Of a stretch of DNA of 64,000 nt, positions 19,463 to 28,564 are shown piece by piece (the first letter of the stretch is position 1; every line of letters begins with the position of its first letter). The translations under genes and the position numbers were made by a program. The notes beneath the pieces were generated by a model. The model saw only the letters and a list, made by a program, of their open reading frames with translations, was not told the origin of the DNA and did no database searches. Source of the DNA: an uncultured delta proteobacterium (GTDB lineage Bacteria; Myxococcota_A; Polyangia; Polyangiales; Polyangiaceae); contig CAWKKR010000006.1 of assembly GCA_963850305.1 (NCBI GenBank), positions 1 to 64,000 on the forward strand, in the 5' to 3' direction.

Positions 19463-19881
19463 GACGTCACCTCCATCGCCGCGCGCACCACGGGCTCGCT
19501 CTCAGTCCATGGCTCCGGCGCTGTCGTCGCGGGCGCCGCGAGGTCGAGCGCCGCGAGGACGTCATCGACGCGAACGTAGATGTGCCGCGCGCCCTCGTGT
19601 CGCCGACGGTGTGGGATGTGGTGGAGCTCGACCAGCTCGCGGAGCTGCCTCGGTGTGATCGAGAGCGCCGCAGCCAGCACATCGGACATCGCGGGTGCGT
19701 CCGTTACGAGGACGGACGCGACGCGGGCGACGGCGGGGCGCTCTACAGGTGGTGAGTCGGATGGGCCATCGTCGCCGGCATCGTCTCCACCCGCCGTCGG
19801 CGTCACCCGCCGGACGGGCGTGCGCCGCGCGCGGCCCTGCGCTCGTCGAGGCGGCGTGGGGACCGGCGGCTGCGACCGCAA
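19459..19881 (-). CDS. Excisionase/AlpA-like HTH DNA-binding protein (start uncertain, may extend to 20131 via a frameshift)
   Basis: LAAALSITPRQLRELVELHHIPH...IYVRVDDVLAAL; overlaps the primase start. Confidence 0.6.
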   Translation of the reverse strand: MRSQPPVPTPPRRAQGRARRTPVRRVTPTAGGDDAGDDGPSDSPPVERPAVARVASVLVTDAPAMSDVLAAALSITPRQLRELVELHHIPHRRRHEGARHIYVRVDDVLAALDLAAPATTAPEPWTESEPVVRAAMEVTS

Positions 19882-20278
19882 TCGTGCAGCGGCCCGCGCG
19901 CGGGCGAGCAGAATCTAATCGATACCCCTGCCGGAGTGCGTGGGCGACCTTGGCCGCCGCCGCCGACGGCGGTCCGTGGATTTTTCGGGCGTGCTCGAGG
20001 AGGGCAGCTAGCTCCTGCGTTGACGGCGGCGCGGGCTCCGCTGCCCAGGTCGTGGGCGCCGTAGGTCGGGCGCGGGGGCTGCGATGGGGGTGGCCGACAA
20101 TCGCAGTGTGGTCTAGGATCCGTGTGTCCATCGAGCGTCATCTCCGGGACCGGCGAGCCGTACGGCCTGGATCCCCACTCCACGGGGCCCGGGCCGGTCG
20201 TCGTTTATGGGGGGGGTCCGGTCACGCGATACGGATGGCATCCGCGCCCCCCTTGCGCAAGCCCCGTTACCTTGGGGG

Positions 20279-20338
20279 GTGGGATGCCGGTGGGATAGTC
20301 CGAGTGGGAAACATGGGACCCATGAGACTCATGACACT
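20279..20338. repeat. Short direct repeats next to the tRNA 3' end (att arm-type-like sites)
   Basis: GTGGGA at 20279, 20290 and 20304, and tandem 9-mers CATGGGACC/CATGAGACT/CATGACACT at 20312-20338. Confidence 0.55.
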
Positions 20339-20390
20339 CCGGCGCGCTTCCAGAGCCCCTTGTTTTTCAGGGAATCATGATTTCCTGCAG

Positions 20391-20463
20391 TGTCCGGGGA
20401 CGGAATTGAACCGCCGACACGTGGATTTTCAATCCACTGCTCTACCGACTGAGCTACCCGGAC
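20391..20463 (-). tRNA. tRNA-Phe(GAA), CCA not encoded
   Basis: GTCCGGG acceptor stem, AGCTCAGTCGGTAGAGC D-arm, GTGGA-TTGAAAA-TCCAC anticodon arm, GGTTCAATTCC T-arm. Confidence 0.97.
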
Positions 20464-20598
20464 GAAACGGCTCGTCTAGTTAGTTCGAAGTAGGCCGGCG
20501 CGCAGCAGAAAAGCGCATCCGGAGCGGCGCGGCGCGATTGGGCCGGATTCCTCCGCCAGGTGCGGGATGAGTGGGCATCAGCGGGCCTCGCTGCGCGC

Positions 20599-22629
20599 CT
20601 ACATCTCGATCTGAATGCCGAGCTCGACGACTCGACCGGGGGGCAGCTTGAAGAACGTGGATGCGGCGACGGCGTTCTGGCTGAGAAGCTTGAAAAAGAC
20701 CCGGCGGGCAAGGCTCATCTCGCTCTTGCCCGTGAAGACCAGGGATTCACGCCCGAGGAAGTACGACACGCTCGAGCGGTCAACGGGCACTCCGTACTGG
20801 CGGAGTTCCCCGATGATCCGCGGGATGTCGGGAGTCTCCATGAAGCCATACACGACCGTCGCACCGTAGAACCCTTCTCCGAGCGGCGTGACCTCGGCAA
20901 ACCGCTTGGCTTCGGGGACCTCGGGAACGTGACGTGTCTGCACGGTGAGGAAGATCACCGTCTCGTGCAGGGTCTTGGCGTGCTTGAAGTAGTGCATGAG
21001 CGACGGCGGCGCGCCGGGGTTGCTCGTCATGAAGACGGCCGTGCCGGGCACGCGCGGCGGCTTCTCTTCTTTCAGGCTCGAGAAGAACAGATCGAGGGGA
21101 AGCGCGGCATCTCGTAGCTTCTTCCCGAGCAGGGCGCGGCCACGCTGCCACGTGAGCATGATGAACGCCATCGTCGCCGCGATCATGATGGTGATGTAAC
21201 CGCCCTCGAAGAACTGCGTCGCGTTACTGACGAAGAACGTGAGGTCTACGACGATCAGAAACGTGCAGACCGGCCCGATGATGAAGGGCTTCCAGCGCCA
21301 GACGCGGGTCGCGACGAGGTAAAAGAGAACCGTCGTGAAGGCCATCGTTCCAGTGACGGCGAGGCCGTACGCGGGGGCGAGCGCGTGCGAGCTGCGGAAG
21401 ACGAGGACGAGGAGGATGCAGAGCGAGAGGTAAACCCAGTTCACCTCCGGCAGGTAGATCTGTCCTTCCATCTCGGCGTTGGTGTGGACGACGTGGACGC
21501 GCGGGAAGAGACCGAGCTGCATCGCCTGGTTCACGAGCGTGAACGCGCCGGAGATGAGCGCTTGGCTGGCGATGATCGTCGCGAGCCAGCTGATGAGCAC
21601 GAGTGGATAAACGAAGCCCGGCGTCGACGGGACGAGAGCGTAGAACACGTTGCCGTTCACGATGGGCGAGGGATCGAGCATCCGCGCACCTTGGCCGAGG
21701 TAGTTCAACATGAGCGCCGGCCACACGACGAAGAACCACGCTCGTTGCACTGCCGGGCGGCTGAAGTGCCCCATGTCCGCGTAGAGGGCCTCGCAGCCCG
21801 TGATGCAGAGGTCGACGGAGCCGATCACGAAGAATGTCGCTCTCGGATAGTGCGCGACGTACCTCAGCGCGTAGATCGGGCTGATGGCCGCGAGGATGTC
21901 GAGGTGGCGTAGCAGACTCGCGATGCCCATCGCCGAGAGCGTCAGAAACCAGACGGCCATCGCCGGTGCGAAGATGGCGCCGACCTTCGCCGTCCCGACC
22001 CGCTGGATCGCAAAGAGCGTGATCAGCGTGCCGATGGACAGCCACGGTACGAAGGGCGACCACCGTGGAGTGATGACCTCGAGCCCTTCCCACGCGCTCA
22101 TGATCGAAAGAGAAGGAGTGATGACGCCGTCGCCCAGGATCAGCCCCGAGCCGATCACGGCCATGGCAACGATGATCGCCATGGCCTTCGGCGTGAAGAG
22201 CGCAGTCGCCTTCGCCTTCAGGAGCGCGAGGATGGAGAACATCCCGCCTTCGCCCTCGTTATCGGCGCGCATGATGAGGACGACGTATTTCAGCGTGACG
22301 ACGAGCGCGACGGCCCAGAAGAGCAAGGACGTCCAACCGAGCACTTCGGCGCGGCCGTAGTATTGGCCGAGCGCCATCGTCACCTTGTCTTGCAAGCCGC
22401 GCGTCGCGTACAGGTGCGACGACACGGTCTCCGACATGGCATAGAGCGGCGAGGTTCCAATGTCGCCGTAGACGACACCGAGCGCGGCCCACATGAGCAC
22501 GCGCAGCGGCGCGGTGGGATGTGGATGCGCATCTGCCGACGGCGACGAGGCTACGGAAGCGATGGCGGTGGTCACTGGTCGCTCCAATGGCGACGCGGCC
22601 GCGCCGGCCGGTGACGACATGTTTTTCAT
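20599..22629 (-). CDS. kup: KUP/HAK/KT potassium transporter
   Basis: ALGVVYGDIGTSPLY, ADNEGEGG, GDGVITP, EALYADMGHF, IIASQALISG, GQIYLPEVNW, YFLGRE. Confidence 0.97.
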   Translation of the reverse strand: MKNMSSPAGAAASPLERPVTTAIASVASSPSADAHPHPTAPLRVLMWAALGVVYGDIGTSPLYAMSETVSSHLYATRGLQDKVTMALGQYYGRAEVLGWTSLLFWAVALVVTLKYVVLIMRADNEGEGGMFSILALLKAKATALFTPKAMAIIVAMAVIGSGLILGDGVITPSLSIMSAWEGLEVITPRWSPFVPWLSIGTLITLFAIQRVGTAKVGAIFAPAMAVWFLTLSAMGIASLLRHLDILAAISPIYALRYVAHYPRATFFVIGSVDLCITGCEALYADMGHFSRPAVQRAWFFVVWPALMLNYLGQGARMLDPSPIVNGNVFYALVPSTPGFVYPLVLISWLATIIASQALISGAFTLVNQAMQLGLFPRVHVVHTNAEMEGQIYLPEVNWVYLSLCILLVLVFRSSHALAPAYGLAVTGTMAFTTVLFYLVATRVWRWKPFIIGPVCTFLIVVDLTFFVSNATQFFEGGYITIMIAATMAFIMLTWQRGRALLGKKLRDAALPLDLFFSSLKEEKPPRVPGTAVFMTSNPGAPPSLMHYFKHAKTLHETVIFLTVQTRHVPEVPEAKRFAEVTPLGEGFYGATVVYGFMETPDIPRIIGELRQYGVPVDRSSVSYFLGRESLVFTGKSEMSLARRVFFKLLSQNAVAASTFFKLPPGRVVELGIQIEM

Positions 22630-22637
22630 GGTGAGAG

Positions 22638-22785
22638 CTCTCTCTCGCCTGCGGGGTTAGCTGACGGGCTGAGGCTCTAAGAGCTGCCTCCGCCGGAGTC
22701 GCACCTGCGTGTCCTCTTCGGCGTTAGCCCCGGATAGGGGGTGGGTCCCCCGCTGGCCGGTGAAGGCCATTCGGCGCGGCTCCAG
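22638..22785 (-). promoter_or_regulatory. c-di-AMP riboswitch (ydaO/yuaA class)
   Basis: Minus strand reads GCCGAAT...GCGGGGGACCCA...GGGGCTAA...CCCGTCAGCTAACCCCGCAGGCG directly 5' of kup, matching the conserved ydaO blocks. Confidence 0.88.
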
Positions 22786-22954
22786 ACTCGCCCCTGGCGC
22801 CGACACCCGCAAGCTCCGCGGGCTATTTTTTATGGTTTCTTAGCATCAGGAGCCGCCTGGAACGTCTGGAAAACAGCTCGAAACGCGCCGGACTGGCGAC
22901 GCTCCCTCGGCGGCGGCATCAGGATCCCCTCAAGAAGCGTCTCGATGTGAAAAA

Positions 22955-24247
22955 ATGCCGGACCCAGTGCCGAAATCGGTGAGTGCACCCCCGTTCTTTG
23001 GCCGCGCGTTGAAGCACCGCAACTACCGACTGTTCTTCGCCGGACAGACGGTCTCGCTCATCGGCACGTGGCTCACGCGCGTCGCTACGAGCTGGCTCGT
23101 GTATCGGCTGACCGGGTCGACGTTGCTCCTCGGTGTCGTCGGCTTTGCGGGACAGATCCCGACGTTCTTCATGGCGCCGTTCGCCGGCGTGTGGGTCGAC
23201 CGACTCAACCGCCATCGAGTTCTGGTGATCACGCAGGTGCTCGCGATGCTCCAGTCCGCGGCTCTCGCCGCCTTCGCACTTTCCGGAACGATCACGGTCG
23301 ACATCATCGTCGCGCTCAGTGTCTTTCAAGGGCTCATCAACGCGTTCGACATGCCCGCACGGCAGTCGTTCGTCATCGAGATGGTCAATGACCGTGAAGA
23401 TCTGCCGAATGCGATCGCTCTCAACTCGTCGATGGTGAACCTGGCGAGATTGCTCGGCCCGACCGCCGCCGGCCTGCTGATCGCGGCGTTCGGGGAGGGG
23501 TGGTGTTTTGCCATCGACGCGCTGAGTTACCTCGCCGTCATCGTATCGCTGCTCTCCATGCGCCTCGCGCCGGCTGCACGTCCGCAGCGGCCGAAGCGCC
23601 TGGTCGCGGAACTGGCGGAGGGGTTCAACTACGCGAACCACTTCACCCCCATCCGGAACGTGCTGATGCTGCTGGCGCTCGTGAGCTTCATGGGGATGCC
23701 GTACACCGTCCTCATGCCCGTGATCGCGACGCGCGTGCTCGGTGGTGGCGCGCACACGCTCGGCTTTCTGATGGCGGGGAGCGGCGTCGGCGCCCTCGCG
23801 GGCACGCTCTATCTCGCCTCGCGGAAGTCCGTGCTGGGCCTCGGACGGCTCATCCCGATTGCTGCGGCAACGTTCGGGCTCGGGCTCGTCGCGTTCTCCC
23901 GTTCGACCGGGTTCTGGCTGTCCTTCGTTCTTCTCGTTCCCACCGGCATGGGAATGATGATTCAGATGGCCGCGAGCAATACCATCGTGCAGACGCTCGT
24001 GGAGGAGGACAAGCGCGGTCGTGTCATGAGCTTCTTCGCGATGGCCTTCTTCGGCACGGTGCCGTTCGGCAGCCTGTTTGCCGGGGTGATGGCCAGCCGA
24101 TTTGGCGCCGCAAACACCATCCTCGTCGGCGGTGCGTCGTGCATGATCGGCGCGGCGATCTTCTACCGTACGCTACCCGGCTTGCGACATCTGATTCGCC
24201 CCGTCTACGTCAGGCTCGGCATCCTGCCAGACACTCACCTCGAATGA
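22955..24247 (+). CDS. MFS transporter (MFS_3/H+ antiporter-like)
   Basis: ALKHRNYRLFFAGQTVSLIGTW, AFDMPARQSF, NAIALNS, RGRVMS; about 12 hydrophobic segments. Confidence 0.93.
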   Translation: MPDPVPKSVSAPPFFGRALKHRNYRLFFAGQTVSLIGTWLTRVATSWLVYRLTGSTLLLGVVGFAGQIPTFFMAPFAGVWVDRLNRHRVLVITQVLAMLQSAALAAFALSGTITVDIIVALSVFQGLINAFDMPARQSFVIEMVNDREDLPNAIALNSSMVNLARLLGPTAAGLLIAAFGEGWCFAIDALSYLAVIVSLLSMRLAPAARPQRPKRLVAELAEGFNYANHFTPIRNVLMLLALVSFMGMPYTVLMPVIATRVLGGGAHTLGFLMAGSGVGALAGTLYLASRKSVLGLGRLIPIAAATFGLGLVAFSRSTGFWLSFVLLVPTGMGMMIQMAASNTIVQTLVEEDKRGRVMSFFAMAFFGTVPFGSLFAGVMASRFGAANTILVGGASCMIGAAIFYRTLPGLRHLIRPVYVRLGILPDTHLE

Positions 24248-24263
24248 CGTGAGGAGATGCGCC

Positions 24264-24521
24264 TCAGGCCTCTGCGCCGCGGTTTCGTGAAAGGAGCCAC
24301 CTCGCCACGATGTCCGCCTCGTGCTCGCGCAGCAGTGCCATCACGGCCTGGTGCACCTCTTCGTCCACATCACCCTCGTAATCGCCGATGAAAAACGAAC
24401 CGTCAGCGAGGCCGACGCGCCCTTCACCGACGACCACACCGTTCCTCCGGCGGATCTCGAGATGGGAGCCATCCGTGCGCGCTTCGTAGCTTCCGGATTG
24501 GGCGGTGATCAGCTCGAACAT
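24264..24521 (-). CDS. Small hypothetical protein
   Basis: 85-aa ORF with globular composition in the intergenic gap. Confidence 0.55.
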   Translation of the reverse strand: MFELITAQSGSYEARTDGSHLEIRRRNGVVVGEGRVGLADGSFFIGDYEGDVDEEVHQAVMALLREHEADIVARWLLSRNRGAEA

Positions 24522-24576
24522 ATGCACAACATCTGTCGGCGCTGACGGAACGCAAGCCCTCGAAATTCGCGGCCGG

Positions 24577-26604
24577 GTGCGGGATGCTGGGAACCGAGTG
24601 CTTTTCGCCTTTTCGACGTTCGTCGGCGCCCTGCTGCTGTTGGCCGTCGAGCCCATGCTCGGCAAGTGGGTGCTTCCCCTACTCGGGGGCAGCGCGGCGA
24701 CGTGGGCTGCCTGCATGGTTTGCTTTCAGGGCACGCTTCTCGCCGGATACCTGTACGCCGACGCGGGTGCGCATCGTCTATCGGTGCGGGTCCAGACGGC
24801 GATGCATGCGGGCCTGGCGCTGGCCGGGATTGGTCTCTGTCTGGTCATGGGCGTTCCGAAGACTCCAGGGATGGGGGCGCTCGGGCCTTCGCTCACCGTA
24901 CCGTGGATCTTCCTCAGCCAGATTGGCCTGCCGTACTTCGTGCTCTCCGCGACGGGTCCGATCGTTCAACGCGCTGCGTCCAGCGCGACGGGTCACTCGC
25001 CCTATTCGCTTTACGCACTGTCCAACGCGGGTTCGCTCATCGGTCTGTTCGCGTATCCGGCGTTCATCGAGCCGCATCTCGACCTGAGCGATCAGCTCCG
25101 CGCATGGAAGGTCGCCTTCGCGGCTTTCACGGTACTGCTCGTCGTGCTGGCCGTCGATCGTCGCGACGACGCCGCCGTTCGAACCGTCTCCGATCTAGAG
25201 GTTGGCGGTCCGGCCTTTGGACGAAAGGTCTCCTGGCTCGTCCTCGGATTCGTCCCGTCCGCGGTGCTGCTCGCGGCGACGGATCACGTCACGGTGGATA
25301 TTGCGGCGACCCCGATCCTCTGGGTCGTGCCGCTGTCGCTGTACCTTGCTTCGTTCGTCGTCGCTTTCTCGGTTTCGCCGCGCTTCTGGCGGCGCCCGGC
25401 GCTGCTCTTATGGTTTGTGGCGGCCCTCGGCGTCGGGCTCGACGGGTTCGAGCAGGCCAGGGCCCCTCTGGGTCGCCAGCTCGGAGCGACGTTCGCGGCG
25501 GTGTTCACCGCGGCCTTGCTCGCGCACGGGGAGCTCGCCCGGACGCGCCCGCATCCGCGCCACCTCACGCAGTACTATTCGATCCTCGCGACCGGCGGGG
25601 TCCTCGGAGGACTGTTCGTCGGCTATTTCGCGCCGTTCGTGTTCACCGACTACTACGAGCTCGAACTCGGCGCGCTCGGGACGTGGGCGATCCTCCTTTT
25701 TGCTGCCCACCGGGGCGGACGCCACGCCTTCGGCCGCGTAGAGCGAATGGGGACGCTCCTCGGAGCCGGCGTCGTGATTCCGTTGCTGCTCGGCTCCATA
25801 TATGCGCGCGCACGGGTGGAGACGAGCCAGGGTCGAGTCGTGGAACGACGTCGGAGCCTTCTCGGGACGCTCCGCATCGTCGATACGAAGGAGGCCCGGA
25901 TTCTCACGCTCGGTCGCATCCAGCACGGGTTGGAGCTTCGCGATCCGGCGCTGCGCCGCTTGCCGACCGCGTATTTCGGGCCCGGGACCGCGCTCGCACG
26001 CGTGTTGACGCGCCGCCGATCGGGTCGACCGAGTCGGATCGGCGTGGTGGGGCTCGGCGTCGGCACGATTGCGGCATACGGGAGGCCCGGAGACCTGATC
26101 CGCTTTTACGAGCTCGATCCGAACGTCATCGACGTCGCGAAGAAGGACTTCACATTCATCGCGGACTCACGGGCGCGGGTACAGATCGAGCTCGGCGATG
26201 GGCGTCTCTTGCTTGGGCGCGAGCGCGATGCCCATTTCGACGTGCTCGTCCTGGACGCGTTCTCGAGCGATGCCGTGCCCGTTCATTTGCTGACGCGCGA
26301 AGCGTTCGCCATCTATCTGCGGGACCTCGCTCCCGACGGGCTGTTGCTTGCGAACGTTTCGAATCGCTACCTGGCCGTGGATCGCGTCGTGCGTGGGAGT
26401 GCTCGCGCGCTGGGCCTTGCCTGCGCCGTTCTGGAGACGCCAAGTGACCCGGAGCGGCACGTATCCCACGTCGAGTGGGCCCTCGTGGCGCGCCATCCGG
26501 ACACCATCGCCGCGCTGGGGAGGGATGCGGAGCAAGCTCTCTCGGTTGGTGGAGAAGTGCGATGGACGGACGATCGCGCGAGCCTCTGGACCGTGCTCAA
26601 GTGA
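24577..26604 (+). CDS. Fused membrane domain / spermidine-synthase-like SAM-dependent methyltransferase
   Basis: LPLLGGSAATW...FQGTLLAGYLYA, YSLYALSNAGS, IGVVGLGVGT, YELDP, GDGR, DAFSSDAVPVHLLT, WTDD. Confidence 0.9.
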   Translation: MRDAGNRVLFAFSTFVGALLLLAVEPMLGKWVLPLLGGSAATWAACMVCFQGTLLAGYLYADAGAHRLSVRVQTAMHAGLALAGIGLCLVMGVPKTPGMGALGPSLTVPWIFLSQIGLPYFVLSATGPIVQRAASSATGHSPYSLYALSNAGSLIGLFAYPAFIEPHLDLSDQLRAWKVAFAAFTVLLVVLAVDRRDDAAVRTVSDLEVGGPAFGRKVSWLVLGFVPSAVLLAATDHVTVDIAATPILWVVPLSLYLASFVVAFSVSPRFWRRPALLLWFVAALGVGLDGFEQARAPLGRQLGATFAAVFTAALLAHGELARTRPHPRHLTQYYSILATGGVLGGLFVGYFAPFVFTDYYELELGALGTWAILLFAAHRGGRHAFGRVERMGTLLGAGVVIPLLLGSIYARARVETSQGRVVERRRSLLGTLRIVDTKEARILTLGRIQHGLELRDPALRRLPTAYFGPGTALARVLTRRRSGRPSRIGVVGLGVGTIAAYGRPGDLIRFYELDPNVIDVAKKDFTFIADSRARVQIELGDGRLLLGRERDAHFDVLVLDAFSSDAVPVHLLTREAFAIYLRDLAPDGLLLANVSNRYLAVDRVVRGSARALGLACAVLETPSDPERHVSHVEWALVARHPDTIAALGRDAEQALSVGGEVRWTDDRASLWTVLK

Positions 26605-27128
26605 CGCGAGTCCTCCGAGTACGTTTCGGGCATCGCGCGGGTCCCGGGACGACGCTCGTTCGCATGCTGGGTGCCACCCCATCACCTCTCAGCTCGCTTC
26701 GCGACTGCTCCGTCCGGTGCTCGCTCCGCTCGCGTGGTTCCGCAGCTCTTTGATCGTTCGGGGACGGCGCGCGCGTACTGAGTGCGGCAAGGTCGTCGAA
26801 CTCCGTGTCGGCGAAGTCGCGAACGAGCTGTTGGGCCGCCGCGAGATTGGGGTCCCGTCGTCGAGGAAACGTCGGTCGAGGTTCCATCACCGTCCTCTCA
26901 TGGTCCCAGGTGCCCGCGCCGAGTAGCTCGGCATCCGTTCGGCCGTGGCAAGACACGAAAGGACCGCTCATCCGGTCTGACATCACGGCCGTAATGCGAG
27001 GCTCGATGTCCCGTCCGCGCGGTTCGGGCCGCACCGATCGCGAACTACGCCTGAAACCAAGCGTCTCCGGATGGTCCGGGTCTTGCGAGCATCCAGGAAA
27101 ACCGTGTGACGAGAAAGGGCAGGCAAAA

Positions 27129-28508
27129 ATGGAAAACATCCTGGACATCACGAACATGGCCTTCCAGGGGAACGCCCTTGAGCGGCTGAGCTCCGCGCTC
27201 CAAGAAACGCTGAACGCGACAAAGCGTGGCATCGAGACTGCGGTCCCCGCCTCCGTGGCGGGGCTCGCCGCGCAAGCGTCCAGTACGCAAGGCGCCGCCG
27301 CTCTTCTCGGTGCGTTTCGTGGCGGGGATTATCCGCATGTCTCGGCGTCCGAGGTATCGGGAATGGTCGACGATCCGGCCGCGACCGCCCGCATCGCCGA
27401 ATCGGGGCATGGGTTTCTCAGCAATATGTTCGGCAGCAAGCTCGGAGGCATCGTGGACGCGCTCGCCGGGCAGTCTGGCGTCAGTCGTGCGTCGGCGTCG
27501 ACGCTCCTGGGCCTGGCGGCGCCGCTGGTTCTGGCGGCTGTCGGCAAGGAAGCGGAAGAGCGGCATCTCGACGCACCCGGTTTGTCACTTTTCATGAAGG
27601 AGCAGGGGCGTAAGGCGACCAGCGTGCTCCCCGGGTCGATGTCTTCGGTGCTCGGGGTCGCCACGCTCGGGGGCGGGGCACCGATCGTCGGGCCCAGCGG
27701 CGCCGTGGCCAGCGCGGAGAAGGCCGCGCGCCGTGTTTCAGCGGACGCTTCGGTGCACCGGGTGCGTTACACTGGTGGAAGTGCCGGAGACGGAGTCGGC
27801 AAGGTCGCTAATCGGATCGGCCGATCGGCCCCCGAGGTTGGCCACGTCGCGAGAGGATCTGGCAGAGCGACAGGGTGGCTCCTCGTGGGGCTCCTGGCGG
27901 TCGGCGCACTCGGCATGATGCTCCTCCGCTCGCACGGCGCGGAAACGTTCCGCGCGCCGCCGGCGCCCCTGAGCGCCCCCGATATGCCGAAAGTGCCAGA
28001 CTTCACGCGGTCGAAGATCACGGCGCCTACCGTACCCGCGGTGCCTCGAGGGTCCCCGCCAGAAGAACCGAATGCGGCCACGGGCGATCTCGATGAGACC
28101 GGCGCGGCACTGTCACCGAGCTCGGGCGCCGCGCCGCTCGCGGCGGCCCTGTCGGGAACTGGCGCGCTGCCCAAGCAGTTCGTGATGCGTGGCATCGAGT
28201 TCCAGTCCGGAGCGACGGAGGTTCCGCACTTGGCGATGCTCGATGAGATCGCCGAGACCCTGAAGTCCCATCCGAACGCTCGGATCCGCCTCGAGGCGCA
28301 CACGGACGCCACCGGAAATCCGATCGCGGATCAGCAACTTTCGACCGCAAGGGCAGCGGCGCTCGAGAAGTATTTCGTGGCGCGCGGGGTCGCTGCGAAC
28401 CGAATCGAAGCGGTCGGCCTGGCCTCCGAGGGTCCCGTTGCTACCGGGGATTTGCATGAAGCACACGCCCAGAATCGTCGCGTGAATCTCGTCCTACTCA
28501 GTCGCTGA
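27129..28508 (+). CDS. OmpA-family protein with N-terminal DUF937-like domain
   Basis: Helical N-domain (SGVSRASASTLLGLAAPLVL), one TM segment, C-terminal IRLEAHTDATG...LSTARA...NRRV. Confidence 0.85.
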   Translation: MENILDITNMAFQGNALERLSSALQETLNATKRGIETAVPASVAGLAAQASSTQGAAALLGAFRGGDYPHVSASEVSGMVDDPAATARIAESGHGFLSNMFGSKLGGIVDALAGQSGVSRASASTLLGLAAPLVLAAVGKEAEERHLDAPGLSLFMKEQGRKATSVLPGSMSSVLGVATLGGGAPIVGPSGAVASAEKAARRVSADASVHRVRYTGGSAGDGVGKVANRIGRSAPEVGHVARGSGRATGWLLVGLLAVGALGMMLLRSHGAETFRAPPAPLSAPDMPKVPDFTRSKITAPTVPAVPRGSPPEEPNAATGDLDETGAALSPSSGAAPLAAALSGTGALPKQFVMRGIEFQSGATEVPHLAMLDEIAETLKSHPNARIRLEAHTDATGNPIADQQLSTARAAALEKYFVARGVAANRIEAVGLASEGPVATGDLHEAHAQNRRVNLVLLSR

Positions 28509-28529
28509 GCGCGGTTGGCTTTCGGGCGC

Positions 28530-28560
28530 CGGCTCGGCCTGCTTCGAGCGGGCCGAGCCG
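28530..28560. terminator. GC-rich hairpin between convergent genes
   Basis: CGGCTCGGCCTGCT-TCG-AGCGGGCCGAGCCG; no U-tract. Confidence 0.55.
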
Positions 28561-28564
28561 TGCG

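Noticed and set aside
26597..26900. Possible small minus-strand ORF between the methyltransferase fusion and ompA
   Set aside because: No recognisable motif; coding status cannot be supported.
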